Below are positions 1 through 10,927 of a stretch of 64,000 nt of DNA, in pieces. The translations under genes and the position numbers were made by a program. Origin of the DNA: Bacilli bacterium (GTDB lineage Bacteria; Bacillota_I; Bacilli_A; ML615J-28; CAG-698); NCBI GenBank assembly GCA_050953065.1, contig JBMNLZ010000002.1:480001-544000 (forward strand), read 5' to 3'. Positions within the stretch are counted from its first letter, which is position 1, and every line of letters begins with the position of its first letter. The notes beneath the pieces were generated by a model. It was not told the DNA's origin and made no database searches. It saw nothing but the letters and a program-made list of their open reading frames with translations.

Positions 1-2156
1 GTGGACCAAATCAAGTAAATATTGCTCAAACTATTGCATTATCTGCTACAGTATTACCAAGTAATGCTTTACAAAATGTTACATGGAGTAGTAGTAATAC
101 AAGCATTGCAACGGTATCTTCAAATGGTTTTGTTACTGGTGTTGCACAAGGCACGGTAATAATTACTGCAAAAACTGTAGCTAATCCGAGTATTTTAAAT
201 ACACATACAGTGACTGTAAATATTCCACAACCAGTTTCCTTAAATATTAGTGGAGCAAATACTGTTGCTATTAATAGTTCAATTGGATTAACCGCAAATA
301 TCTTGCCGAGTGGGGCTAACCAAAATGTTATTTGGGGGACATCAAATGAAAAGATTGCAACAATTAACAGTATTGGAGTTTTACAAGGAGTAGGAATTGG
401 AACAGTAGTTATTACTGCTACATCTGCAATAAGTCCAGGTGTTTATAATACTTATATGGTAACTGTAACTGGGGCTCCTGGAATAAAATATCAAAATGTT
501 GTAATTACATCATCGCCAGGTGGATCTGTTGAGTTAGACCACTATGATACAGCATATGCTAAGAATAATACTATAATATCGACGCCATCGGCTGGTTATA
601 GATTGTTATGCTTAGTTGAAAATGGAAAAATTGTAAGTACGAGTGTCAATTATAATTTTATAACAGTTCATGACAGTACTTTCGAAGCATACTTTGTTCC
701 TACTGATAAATATTATGTTTTATTCTTAGATCAAAGTAGAAAACTAATTGATATTCAAGTAGTTGCACCAAATGCAAATGCTGTTGCACCGAATGCAACA
801 AAAATCCCATCAAAGGCTGGTTATAACTTTATTAATTGGGATAAGTCTTTTACAAATATTACTAGTGATACTTTGGTTTATCCAATCTATCAAAAAAATA
901 TTACTGATAAATATTCAATTACTGTTATTAACGGAAATGCTTCAGCTACGGATGTAGCTTATGACAGCACAGTAACTGTAACAGCGCTTAATCCAGGTAA
1001 TTTCAGTTATTGGTTAAGGAATAATGAAATTGCAAGTTATGATGTTAGTTATACTTTTTCAGTATATGGAGAAGAAGTATTAGAAGCAATAGATGATGAT
1101 GGAGATACAAAGGGAGTAGAAGCAGTATTAAATCCTAATATTGTAGATGTTAACTTAGAAAATGAACAAATTGTTTTTGTTGGCGGGTTTTATTTACCAG
1201 AAGGTTATACACTAGTTGAAGCAGGTATGCTTATTTATCAAGGTAAAGGTGTTACAACTTTAGATTTTAATACAGCAGGAGTGCAAAAAATTAAAGCTAA
1301 TAAAATATCACCTAATAAAGAATTTGGAGTTAACGTTTTTAATGTAGTGCCTGGAACTTCATGGAATGCTTGTACGTATGTTTCTTATCAATATAGTGGA
1401 GTTATTTATCAAAAATATAGTAAACTTGAAACGTATTCTTTAGAATCTCCTGATTTAGATGTTCTACTTTCAATTATTTCAACAATTCCAACTCATATTA
1501 ATACAAATTATACTTTTCCAACAACTTCAGGTGTTACTTGGGCATATCAATCAGGTCAAGATACAAGCTTATTTAACCTAGCAACAGGTACTCATACAGG
1601 TATGACACTTGGTGTTGCAGAAAGAACTTTAGTTGGAACTCTAAATTCGGCTACATCAACATTTGAAATTAACTTTGGTATTCTAGCAGAAGATGAGGTT
1701 GGTAAATTCTATCATAGCGTATCAGCTTATATTGCAGAAAGCGATTGGATAGGAACTACTCTAACAAAAGAATCTGATAATGCAGTTTTATTCTTAGTTA
1801 AAGAACCAGTAACATTTAGTTATTCTACTGCAACTAATATTAGAAGAAAGCAACTTCAAACTGCATGGAATGCAGCAGATCCTCAAGGTTGGACAAATTG
1901 TGGAAACTTAGTTAGAAATACAGGAACTGCTGAGATTACTTTTGGTTTAGTTAATATTGCTCCATCTACTGATGATAAGGGGATTAGAATTGGTGCCGAT
2001 GGCTCAATTGTTCAGGTTTATGACAATGGTGCAAATGTAACATTGCTTGCTGGAGAATCATTGTGGGTAGCAAAACTTTTAGATAGAACTTTAAACTTTG
2101 GTAGTGAAAGTGATTTTACTGTTGGAACTAAGTTAATATACAAGCAAATTAAATAG
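1..2156 (+). CDS. Large surface protein, 5'-truncated by the window; Ig-like (Big_2) repeats plus an InlB-B/Flg_new-like repeat
   Basis: Frame is open from position 3 (GPNQVNIAQTIALSATVLPSNALQNVTWSSSNTSIATVSSNG...) and continuous with ORF 210..2156. Big_2 signature 'VTWSSSNTSIATV..G.VTGV..GTV.ITA'; 'PSKAGYNFINWDKSFTNITSD' is B-repeat-like. Confidence 0.8.
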   Translation, partial: GPNQVNIAQTIALSATVLPSNALQNVTWSSSNTSIATVSSNGFVTGVAQGTVIITAKTVANPSILNTHTVTVNIPQPVSLNISGANTVAINSSIGLTANILPSGANQNVIWGTSNEKIATINSIGVLQGVGIGTVVITATSAISPGVYNTYMVTVTGAPGIKYQNVVITSSPGGSVELDHYDTAYAKNNTIISTPSAGYRLLCLVENGKIVSTSVNYNFITVHDSTFEAYFVPTDKYYVLFLDQSRKLIDIQVVAPNANAVAPNATKIPSKAGYNFINWDKSFTNITSDTLVYPIYQKNITDKYSITVINGNASATDVAYDSTVTVTALNPGNFSYWLRNNEIASYDVSYTFSVYGEEVLEAIDDDGDTKGVEAVLNPNIVDVNLENEQIVFVGGFYLPEGYTLVEAGMLIYQGKGVTTLDFNTAGVQKIKANKISPNKEFGVNVFNVVPGTSWNACTYVSYQYSGVIYQKYSKLETYSLESPDLDVLLSIISTIPTHINTNYTFPTTSGVTWAYQSGQDTSLFNLATGTHTGMTLGVAERTLVGTLNSATSTFEINFGILAEDEVGKFYHSVSAYIAESDWIGTTLTKESDNAVLFLVKEPVTFSYSTATNIRRKQLQTAWNAADPQGWTNCGNLVRNTGTAEITFGLVNIAPSTDDKGIRIGADGSIVQVYDNGANVTLLAGESLWVAKLLDRTLNFGSESDFTVGTKLIYKQIK

Positions 2157-2183
2157 TTTTTAAAATAAAATAACTTAACAGTT

Positions 2184-2216
2184 AAAACAACTCTTTTTTA
2201 AAAAGAGTTGTTTTTT
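2184..2216 (+). terminator. Intrinsic terminator
   Basis: AAAACAACTCTTTT / AAAAGAGTTGTTTT inverted repeat plus T run after the stop codon. Confidence 0.75.
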
Positions 2217-2310
2217 AGTAAATAAAAAAATAAATTAATTTACTAACATTTTTAAAAGATTTATAGTATAATGGTATATGATAAATTATTAGAAAAAGGG
2301 TGAAGTATTT

Positions 2311-2877
2311 ATGTTTTGGGAAAAGGTAGTAGAGGTTTTATTTTCAACTCCGTGGTGGGAATTAGCACTTATATTTTGTTCAAGAATTATTGAAGTTTCA
2401 ATGGGAACCATAAGAGTAATTCTTGTAAACAAAGGTTTTAGAAAACAAGCATCAATTATAGCTTTTGTTGAGGTATTGATGTGGGTGTTTATAGCATCAC
2501 GTGTTATTACTGGAATTTCTCAACAACCAATGAAAGGTGTTATTTATAGTTTAGGTTTTGCAACTGGAGTTTTTGTTGGTTCTAAATTAGAAGCACGCTT
2601 AGCATTTGGAAAAGTCTTAATTCAATCAATTTCTTCAATTGAAAAAGCAGAAGAAATTGTTAAAGTCTTAAGAGAAGATGATATTGGTTGTACTGAACTT
2701 GCAGCTAAAGGAAAAGATAAAGATAGAACACTTTTAATGATTTATGCTAATAGAAAAGGAAAAGATGAAATTGTTGAAAAAATTAGAGAAATAGATGATC
2801 GCGCATTTATTGTTGTACACGATGTTTCTGATTTAACAGGTGGTTATATTACTAACTGGCGTCATTTTATTAAGTAA
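2311..2877 (+). CDS. UPF0316/DUF2179 (YebE-like) membrane protein
   Basis: 'RIIEVSMGTIRVIL..KG', 'GFATGVFVG', C-terminal PII-like 'IREIDDRAFIVVHDV' domain. Confidence 0.8.
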   Translation: MFWEKVVEVLFSTPWWELALIFCSRIIEVSMGTIRVILVNKGFRKQASIIAFVEVLMWVFIASRVITGISQQPMKGVIYSLGFATGVFVGSKLEARLAFGKVLIQSISSIEKAEEIVKVLREDDIGCTELAAKGKDKDRTLLMIYANRKGKDEIVEKIREIDDRAFIVVHDVSDLTGGYITNWRHFIK

Positions 2878-2904
2878 ATAAAAAAATATAAGGAGGATTT
2901 TAGA

Positions 2905-3063
2905 ATGGATAAATATGTATGTGATGTTTGTCAATATGTTTATGATCCAGAATTAGGTGATGATACTCAAGGTATTGCTCCTGGTACTGCTTTTGAAAAT
3001 TTACCAGCTGACTGGACTTGTCCGCTTTGTGGTGTTGATAAAGATAATTTTAGCAAAATGTAA
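2905..3063 (+). CDS. rub: Rubredoxin, 52 aa (absent from the ORF track)
   Basis: AGGAGG RBS at 2891; translates [52 protein letters not shown] with two CxxC motifs. Confidence 0.96.
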   Translation: MDKYVCDVCQYVYDPELGDDTQGIAPGTAFENLPADWTCPLCGVDKDNFSKM

Positions 3064-3079
3064 GAAGAGGTGATTTTTT

Positions 3080-4249
3080 TTGGAAGCAAAAAAAATAAAA
3101 GAAGGAATTTATTGGGTCGGGGTTATTGATTGGAATTTAAGATCTTTTCATGGCTATTCAACTGATAGTGGAACAACTTATAATGCCTATTTAATAATTG
3201 ATGAAAAAATTACTTTAATCGATAATGTGAAAGAAGAATTTACAGATGAAATGCTTAAGAAAATATCTTCTATAGTCGATGTAAGTAAAATTGATATTAT
3301 AATTTCAAATCATAGTGAAGCAGATCATAGTGGAAGTTTAAAACAAGTTATGGAAATTGCTAAAAATGCTACTGTTTATGCAACTGGAGCTGGAGTTAAA
3401 ATTCTTCAAGCAATGTATGGAATTAACGATATAATTCCTGTAAAAACTAATGATGTAATTTCAATAGGTAAAAGAACTTTAAAGTTTTATCAAGCTCCAA
3501 TGGTTCATTGGCCAGATAATATGGTAGTATATTCAGAAAAGGATAAACTTTTATTTAGCAATGATATTTTTGGACAACATTATGCAACAAGCAAAATCTT
3601 AGATGTTGAAAATGATTTAAGTGTTTTGTTGTATGAGGCTAAAAAATATTATGCTAATATAGTTTTACCTTATACATTTCAAGCTTCTAAGATAGCTGAA
3701 GTGATACTTTCAATGGATTTTGATATGGTTGCAACCTCGCATGGAGTTATATGGACTAAACATATAAAAGATATAGTTGCTTTATATAAAAAAATAATTG
3801 CTAATGAAAAGAAAAATAAAGCAATTATTGTTTATGATACTATGTGGGAAAGTACTTTTAAAATTGCTAAAGCAATCTGTAAAGGTTTTATGGCTAATGA
3901 TGTTGAAGTAAGACTATATAATGTTAATGAAACTGAAGCTTCTGATATAATAACCGAAATTATTGATGCTAAGTATTTAGCCGTTGGCTCGCCTACTCAA
4001 AACAATCAAATGTTACCAACAATTGCAGGGTTTTTATGTTATTTGGAATCAATGCATCCAAAAGACTTAACTTGTATTGCTTTTGGAAGTTATGGTTGGG
4101 GTGGTCAAAGTATAGGTTATATTGCTGAAAAGTTAAACAAACTCGGTTATCAAGATTTATTACCTCAAATAAAAATAAATTATGTTCCAACTGAAACTAT
4201 ATTAGAAAACATAACTAATCAAGTAATTGATAAAACAAATAAGGATTAA
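3080..4249 (+). CDS. fprA: Flavodiiron protein (FprA/A-type flavoprotein; O2/NO reductase)
   Basis: 'GTTYNAYLI', 'NHSEADHSG', 'HWPD' MBL diiron motifs plus flavodoxin domain 'FGSYGWGG'; TTG start. Confidence 0.92.
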   Translation: MEAKKIKEGIYWVGVIDWNLRSFHGYSTDSGTTYNAYLIIDEKITLIDNVKEEFTDEMLKKISSIVDVSKIDIIISNHSEADHSGSLKQVMEIAKNATVYATGAGVKILQAMYGINDIIPVKTNDVISIGKRTLKFYQAPMVHWPDNMVVYSEKDKLLFSNDIFGQHYATSKILDVENDLSVLLYEAKKYYANIVLPYTFQASKIAEVILSMDFDMVATSHGVIWTKHIKDIVALYKKIIANEKKNKAIIVYDTMWESTFKIAKAICKGFMANDVEVRLYNVNETEASDIITEIIDAKYLAVGSPTQNNQMLPTIAGFLCYLESMHPKDLTCIAFGSYGWGGQSIGYIAEKLNKLGYQDLLPQIKINYVPTETILENITNQVIDKTNKD

Positions 4250-4268
4250 AAATAATCCTTATTTTTTA
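4237..4268 (+). terminator. Intrinsic terminator
   Basis: AAATAAGGATTA / TAATCCTTATTT plus T run. Confidence 0.7.
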
Positions 4269-4350
4269 TATTAAATAGTAATAACATAAAATTTAATTTA
4301 ATATAAAGCATTAAATGTGTTATAATCTATGTATGAGTAAGGTGGTTAAT

Positions 4351-6744
4351 ATGAAAAGATTTTTATTTTTAATAATGATATTATTTTTATTAAGCGGATG
4401 TATCTTCAAAAAAGAAAAAATGCCTAATATTTATGATGTTAATTTTATAGTAGATGGAGTAGTTGTTCAAACATTACAAATAAAAGAAGGCGAAGATGCA
4501 GTAGCACCAGATGATCCAACTAAAGAAGGGTTTGAATTTGTTGGTTGGGATAAAGCTTTTACAAACATCCAAGCAAATACAGACATCAATGCAATCTTTG
4601 AGATAGCTAAAGTTTCTTACAAGGTTAGGTTTTATAATGAAGGGATTTTAATAAACAGTCAAGATGTTATAGAAGGAGAAAAAGCAATTGCTCCAATTGA
4701 TCCTATTTAAGAAGGTTATTTGTTTGTTGGGTGGAATAAAAACTTTGATGAGATTAAAGAAGATTTAGAGGTAAACGCAATTTTTATGAAAAATACTTTA
4801 GATAATATCGTTAGTTATACAAGTTATGTATCTAGTTTTTCATATAATGAAGCAAGCTCATACGAGTCACTTTTAGAAAATTTTGATTATTATAATAATC
4901 TAAAAGGAACAATTCCTGAAATTGTTTATGGAGGATTTCGTGAAACCAATAAGATTCATTATTATGATAAGACTAATATTAGAGATAGGAATCGTTTTGG
5001 ATTTGAAGTAGCGATTGATGAGAATAACGTTGTAATAGAAAAAGCGGTTTTAGTTAATCTACCTACTAATGGAGCGATTCTTTCAGGACATGGAGAAGGC
5101 GCTACTACTTTAGGAGATTTGATTAAAGTTGGAGATGTTATTATTTATGAGGCTAATAAAGTAGACTATTTCAGACAAAAAGGAGTTAGTGAGGTTTTTG
5201 ATTTATATTTTAAAATTAATAGAATTAAAGAATTAATATTATCTTCTTATGAGGACTTAAAAGCTTTAAACTATCAATTGATGTTAGAAAAAACTAATCA
5301 ATTAATTAATCTTTATAATGGATTGATATCTAGCTATAGTGAGACTGAATATCAAGCGGCTTTAGCACTTTATATGGATGTTTCTTTTTTATCAATTGAA
5401 GAAACATCATCTATGGTTAAAGCATATTGGCATTATCCTACAAGGTGCATAGGTTATATGGAAAACAATGTAGCTTCTATTGCCTCTCTTTTAGATGAAG
5501 TTGCTAGAATGGGATTAAATAGAATTTATCTAAATACCAATTATGGTGGCTATGCTGTTTATAAATCTAGCATCTTAACTCAAAAATTAACTACTTATTA
5601 TAATTATGTAGGATATAAAGATTATCTAGAATGTTTTATTTCTCTAGCTCATGCAAGAGGAATTGAAGTATATGCTTGGACTAATACTTTAATTGCTGGA
5701 GATGGAGAACCTAATCCATATTATAGTGTTAGAAATTGGCTTAATATATTTTATGATGGAAGTAATAATTATTCAGGAATGCACTATATTGATATTGCGA
5801 ATGTTGATGCAAGAGCTCATCTTTTAGATGTTTTTGATGAATTAGCAGGTTATGATTTAGATGGTATAGAATTTGATTTTATTCGTTATGCTAATTCAAA
5901 CATTTTAAATTATACTGGAGTAATAACAAATGACTCTAATCTATCTGATAGTGGATATACTGAAAGTTTCATTCAACCATTTATGGATGAAAATGGTTTA
6001 ACGGGAGATTTTAAAAGTCTCATTAGAAACAATGAAACAATAAGAGTTGCTTGGTATAATTATAAAAGAGAACTTTTGACTGATTTAGTAAAGGATTTAA
6101 GTAGCATTATTAAAGAAAAAAATGCTGATATTAAAATATCAGCTGCGGTCATGCCTAGCATTACTACTGCTAGAAAAGTTTTTAATCAGGATTGGAAAAC
6201 TTGGATTGAAGAGGATTATATTGATGTTTTAGAACCGATGATTTATACAGGTAATATAGATTATTTAACTGAAACACTTAGTGCTATGAAAACAGAAGTA
6301 GCAGATGAGGCTTTAATTGTTGTAGGGATATATCCTGAAGGAAGTAGTCTAGAATCTAGTGAGAATGCTTATCAAATAGCTAGAATTATGGATTATTATG
6401 TTTTTGGATTTTCAAAGTTCTCTAGTAGAAATATTTTTATTAATAAGTCTTTAAGAGATAGTTTAAGTTTAATTAATAAACATTATACTACTGTATCTCT
6501 TGATCCTTTAGATATTAAACGTTCATATGCTTATGACTTGTATGATAAGATAAATAATTTTTATCAATATGTAGATACTGAAACCGATTATGAAGAATTT
6601 TTAGTTAGTGTACTGGCTACAATTGAGGATGAAGATTATGAAGTAGTTGATTTTTATATTACATTATTTATTGACACCATTAAAAATCCAAACGTTAAAG
6701 CCAAACTACAAAGTTATGATTTATATATCAAAAGTCTAAGTTAA
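4351..6744 (+). pseudogene. Lipoprotein with two InlB-B/Flg_new repeats and a GHL10 (DUF187) glycoside hydrolase-like domain, interrupted by an in-frame TAA at 4708-4710
   Basis: Lipobox LSGC. The ORF-track pieces 4315..4710 and 4720..6744 are in the same frame. Repeat 1 reads DPTKEGFEFVGW and repeat 2 reads DPI*EGYLFVGW. GHL10 motifs 'AHARGIEVYAW', 'YDLDGIEFDFIRY', 'QDWKTW', 'PMIY'. Confidence 0.8.
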
Positions 6745-6767
6745 AAAGTAAATACTATTTAAAGTTT

Positions 6768-6808
6768 AATCTAGCATTTTTATCTATACAAAAAAATGCT
6801 AGATTTTA
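6768..6808 (+). terminator. Intrinsic terminator
   Basis: AATCTAGCATTTT / AAAATGCTAGATT inverted repeat. Confidence 0.6.
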
Positions 6809-6866
6809 TTATGTTTATTTGTTATAATATTTTAGGTTGTTTTAAAAAGGAGGTCAGTTAGATATT

Positions 6867-8165
6867 ATGGTTAAAATAGTTGCACTTGTTTTATTTCTTT
6901 TAACGTATGTTTTATTATTAAGCTTACCAAAAATAAGAGCTTGGATTGCTTTAACAACAGCTTGTATTTTCATTTTATTAACATTTATTCCTGATTTCAG
7001 TGTGTTGATGCCAATTACTCAAGTCTTTGGGGCAATAGATTGGAATGTTTTGATGATGATAGCTGGAACAATGATTGTTGTTGATCTATTTATTGATTCA
7101 AAAATGCCATCGGTACTAGCCAATGTCATTATCAAGAAAACGCCTAATGTGAAGTGGGCAGTGATAGCGATGGCAGTTTTTGCTGGAGTTATATCTGCTT
7201 TCATTGATAATGTTGCAACTGTTTTAATAGTAGCACCAATTGCCATTAGTATTTCTAAAAAGTTAGAAATTTCTCCAGTTCCGAGTGTAATTGCGATTGC
7301 AGTTTTCTCTAATCTAGAAGGAGCTGCTACATTAGTTGGTGATACTACTTCAATCATGCTTGGTGGTTATGCTGATTGGAATTTCCTTGATTTCTTCTGG
7401 TTAGAAGGTAGACCAGGACCATTCTTTATTATTCAAGTTGGGTTGGTTGCTGCTACTGTTGTGCTAGCTTTAATATTAAGAAAATTAACTCAACCGATTG
7501 AACTTAATGAAGAGGTGAAAGCTGAATCATATGTTCCAACTATTTTACTATGTGGAATAATAGTTACTTTAATTATTGTCTCATTTATACCGAGTGGGTC
7601 TAAACCTGCTGTTGCTAATGGTATTGTTACAATGACTTATGCAATTATCGGATTAATTTATGTAACAATTAAAAATAAGAGTTTTAAAAATGCTGGAGAA
7701 ATCTTGAAAAACTTTGATTATTTTACACTTGTTTTACTAGCTAGTTTATTTGTTATTATTGCTGGTATTACAAATGTTGGAGTAATTGAAGATATTGCTG
7801 ATTTAATAGTAAAGATTGGTGGTACAAATCCTTTTGTTGTTTATACGATTATTGTCTTTTTCTCAATGCTTGTTTCTGCTTTCATTGATAATATTCCTTA
7901 TGTATTAACAATGTTACCGGTTATGGGAAGCCTTGCAGCTGGTACTGGTGCACCTTTAACTTTATTATTATTAGGTTTAATTATTGGAGCAACACTTGGT
8001 GGTAACTTAACTCCAATTGGAGCATCTGCTAATATTGCAGGAATTGGAATTCTAAGAAAAGAAGGACACGAAGTAAAATTAAAAGAATATTTAAGAATAG
8101 GAGTACCTGTAACACTTGCTGCAGTAGTTGCTGGTTATATAGTTACATGGTTCTTATTTAGTTAA
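6867..8165 (+). CDS. ArsB/NhaD/SLC13-type (IT superfamily) anion permease
   Basis: Twice-repeated 'SAFIDN', 'GAATLVGD', 'GGNLTPIGASAN'; about 12 hydrophobic segments. Confidence 0.82.
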   Translation: MVKIVALVLFLLTYVLLLSLPKIRAWIALTTACIFILLTFIPDFSVLMPITQVFGAIDWNVLMMIAGTMIVVDLFIDSKMPSVLANVIIKKTPNVKWAVIAMAVFAGVISAFIDNVATVLIVAPIAISISKKLEISPVPSVIAIAVFSNLEGAATLVGDTTSIMLGGYADWNFLDFFWLEGRPGPFFIIQVGLVAATVVLALILRKLTQPIELNEEVKAESYVPTILLCGIIVTLIIVSFIPSGSKPAVANGIVTMTYAIIGLIYVTIKNKSFKNAGEILKNFDYFTLVLLASLFVIIAGITNVGVIEDIADLIVKIGGTNPFVVYTIIVFFSMLVSAFIDNIPYVLTMLPVMGSLAAGTGAPLTLLLLGLIIGATLGGNLTPIGASANIAGIGILRKEGHEVKLKEYLRIGVPVTLAAVVAGYIVTWFLFS

Positions 8166-8203
8166 AAAAATAGCGATTTGGATAACCAAATCGCGTTTTT
8201 TTT
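8164..8203. terminator. Bidirectional intrinsic terminator
   Basis: A7-GCGATTTGG ataa CCAAATCGC-T8 between convergent genes. Confidence 0.85.
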
Positions 8204-9848
8204 AAAGATTTGTTTTTGCAAAAGCATAAGCTTCTTCAAATGTATTAAATATTTTATCACTTCCGATAAGATCAATAAATAAAGCTTTAGTAAGTGCTTT
8301 TTTAGGTTGTTCATTTAATTTAGAAATTAAAATAGTAATACCTTTAGATTGACATTTTTGAATAGCTAATTTTAATGATTGCATTGCTGTTGCATCAATT
8401 GCAGGGACATCTTTCATTTCAATTATTAGATATTTAATATTGGGTTGAATTTGTTTTATTGCATTAGTAAATTTATAAGCTGTACCAAAGAAGAAAGGTC
8501 CATTTATTTTATATGTTGCTATATCTTTTAGATCTTTTTCTAAAACTAAAGTTTCACTATTCATATTTTCTGCAAACTCTAGAGATTCAACAGTAGACAC
8601 TTCACTCATTCTCTTCATAAATAGTAACATTGATAAAGCAAGTCCTACTCCAATTGCAGAGATTAAACTAACTCCAATTGCAAAAAAGAAAGTTGCTACT
8701 AAAATTAATGTATCGCTTTTTGGAGCTTTGAATAAACTTACAAACCTTCTCCATTCACTCATATTATAAGCTGCTACAAATAAAATTGCAGCAAAAGCAG
8801 AAAGTGGAACTAGTTGAATTAATGGTGTTAGAGAAACTAAGAAAAGCAATAATACAATAGAATGAATAATTCCTGCGATTGGTGTTCTAGCACCATTTCT
8901 TAAATTAGCTACTGTTCTAGCAAGACCGCCTGTAACAGGAATTCCAGTAAAGACAGCAGAAGTAATATTAGCTGCTCCTTGAGCCATTAATTCTACATTT
9001 GAATTATGTGTATCTTCAATCATTCTATCAGAGACTACTGCAGATAGAAGTGCTACCATTGCACTTAAGAAGGCAATAACAAAGGCATTAGGGATTAATG
9101 CTACAACTCTTTCAAAAGTTACAGCTGGAATTGTAGGAATAGGAATACTTGTAGATAGTTTACCAAAAGTAGAACCGATTGTTGCAACACTATCTAAACT
9201 AAAAAGATTAACAATTAAAGTAGCTACAACAAGTGCAATTAAAGTGGCTGGTATTTTTTTAACATACTTTAGTTTAGGCCAAAAGATAATTATTAAAAGT
9301 GATATTATACCAATTAAAGTTGTAGTAAAATTAATGTTTTTAAAGTTTGTAATATAGGCCCACCATTTTGGAAAAAATTTTGCTGGAATATCAGTCATAC
9401 CTAAACCAAAGAAATCATTGATTTGAGATGAAAAAATAATCATAGCAATTCCACTTGTAAAACCAGTTACTAAAGGAAAGGGGATAAATTTTATAAGGCT
9501 TCCTAGTTTTAGTAAACCAAAACCTATCATTATGATACCTGCCATTATTGTAGCAATTATCAAACCATCAAATCCAAATCCTGCTATGACGCCTAATACT
9601 ACCATCATAAAAGCACCGGTTGGTCCTCCGATTTGGATTCTACTTCCTCCTAATAAAGAAACCATGAACCCACCAAAAATAGCGGTGTATAAACCTTGTT
9701 CAGGTGTAACACCTGATGCAATTCCAAAAGCAATGGATAATGGTAGCGCAATTACTGCTACAATAATTCCAGAGATTAAATCTTTTAGAAATTGTTGCCA
9801 TGTATAATTTTTTAAAACACTAAAAATTCTTGGTTTAAATTCGTTCAT
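8202..9848 (-). CDS. SulP/SLC26 anion (sulfate/bicarbonate) permease with STAS domain
   Basis: 'DLISGIIVAVIALPLSIAFGIASG', 'QIGGPTGA', 'GARTP', STAS 'GPFFFG...IDATA'; start placed at ATG 9848 after AGGGAG. Confidence 0.92.
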   Translation of the reverse strand: MNEFKPRIFSVLKNYTWQQFLKDLISGIIVAVIALPLSIAFGIASGVTPEQGLYTAIFGGFMVSLLGGSRIQIGGPTGAFMMVVLGVIAGFGFDGLIIATIMAGIIMIGFGLLKLGSLIKFIPFPLVTGFTSGIAMIIFSSQINDFFGLGMTDIPAKFFPKWWAYITNFKNINFTTTLIGIISLLIIIFWPKLKYVKKIPATLIALVVATLIVNLFSLDSVATIGSTFGKLSTSIPIPTIPAVTFERVVALIPNAFVIAFLSAMVALLSAVVSDRMIEDTHNSNVELMAQGAANITSAVFTGIPVTGGLARTVANLRNGARTPIAGIIHSIVLLLFLVSLTPLIQLVPLSAFAAILFVAAYNMSEWRRFVSLFKAPKSDTLILVATFFFAIGVSLISAIGVGLALSMLLFMKRMSEVSTVESLEFAENMNSETLVLEKDLKDIATYKINGPFFFGTAYKFTNAIKQIQPNIKYLIIEMKDVPAIDATAMQSLKLAIQKCQSKGITILISKLNEQPKKALTKALFIDLIGSDKIFNTFEEAYAFAKTNL

Positions 9849-9880
9849 AATCATCTCCCTTTTATTTATCAAACTAACTC

Positions 9881-9909
9881 ATTTTAAACTTTTAATCATT
9901 TAAAGTCAA
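9881..9909 (-). promoter_or_regulatory. Sigma-A promoter for sulP
   Basis: Minus strand TTGACT-17 nt-TAAAAT. Confidence 0.55.
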
Positions 9910-10045
9910 GATACTTAAGCAAAGATTATTACACATGTATTTATTTCTTTAAAAACATCAGATTAAATTGAAAAAAGTATTTGGTTGTGTTAGAATGTAC
10001 ATAGGAATTAAGAAAGAATAATTTAAAAATAATCGGAGAAAAATT

Positions 10046-10909
10046 ATGAAAATTAAACAAAACAAAATAATGATAATAATGATATCAGTTAGTGCATTTA
10101 TATTTTTCTTATCACTTATATCTTTGATTTTTGGTGATGAACTTGAAGAAATGTTTAATGTAATTGGAATAAGAATCGCTGTGCTAATTGTAGCATTTGC
10201 TTCTTTTTGCTCGTCTACATTATTTAGTTTACTTATTTTAGTTCATAATAGAACGGTAGTTAAAATTAATGATGACACTAATAAAAGAGCAGAACTTTTT
10301 AGAGAATTACAATTTGCATCTAGTAATTATTCAATCATTGAGTTTATGGATCGTATGTTGATTTATGATGAATCTTCTAGGTATGTTGATAAATTTGTTA
10401 AAAGAAAACTGTTAGATTTTCATATGTTAGATAGTTCAATAAAAGAAGAAGACGTATATGATAACCCAGATTCATTTACTTATTTATCTGTAAAAATACC
10501 TTTTAGAGTAATTGAAGGTAAAATGACTTCTAATATTAGTATTAGAAAATTAAAATTTGAAAGAGATGATCTTAATTTTATTTTTGTTACTCCGCCTTCA
10601 TTAAAGGAAACTACTACTTATTTGTTATATAATGAACATACTAAAAGAAATAATATTATTGTTAACATTATTGTTCATAAGGATTCTGTTTTTTTTGATA
10701 AAAAGAAATTAAATGTTTTTTCAAAAATTAAAATAGATATTACAATAACAAGTCTTTTAGGCGTTAATGTTAAAGGTGTTAGTGAGTTATTCTTTACTAA
10801 CCCAGAACAAATTGAAGGAGATGGAACAAGTACTTATCGAATAAACTCATCTAACTTTTTACTTGTTGCTCCGCCTACTATTAAAAATTTGTTTGAAGAT
10901 GAAGAATAA
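10046..10909 (+). CDS. Hypothetical membrane protein (2 N-terminal TM helices plus soluble domain)
   Basis: 287-aa ORF with GGAG RBS; no family recognised. Confidence 0.7.
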   Translation: MKIKQNKIMIIMISVSAFIFFLSLISLIFGDELEEMFNVIGIRIAVLIVAFASFCSSTLFSLLILVHNRTVVKINDDTNKRAELFRELQFASSNYSIIEFMDRMLIYDESSRYVDKFVKRKLLDFHMLDSSIKEEDVYDNPDSFTYLSVKIPFRVIEGKMTSNISIRKLKFERDDLNFIFVTPPSLKETTTYLLYNEHTKRNNIIVNIIVHKDSVFFDKKKLNVFSKIKIDITITSLLGVNVKGVSELFFTNPEQIEGDGTSTYRINSSNFLLVAPPTIKNLFEDEE

Positions 10910-10927
10910 ATAAAAGAAGAGGTCAAG

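Noticed and set aside
4708-4710. Stop-codon reassignment or programmed readthrough
   Set aside because: TAA terminates most genes in the window normally. A single AAA-to-TAA change explains this site.
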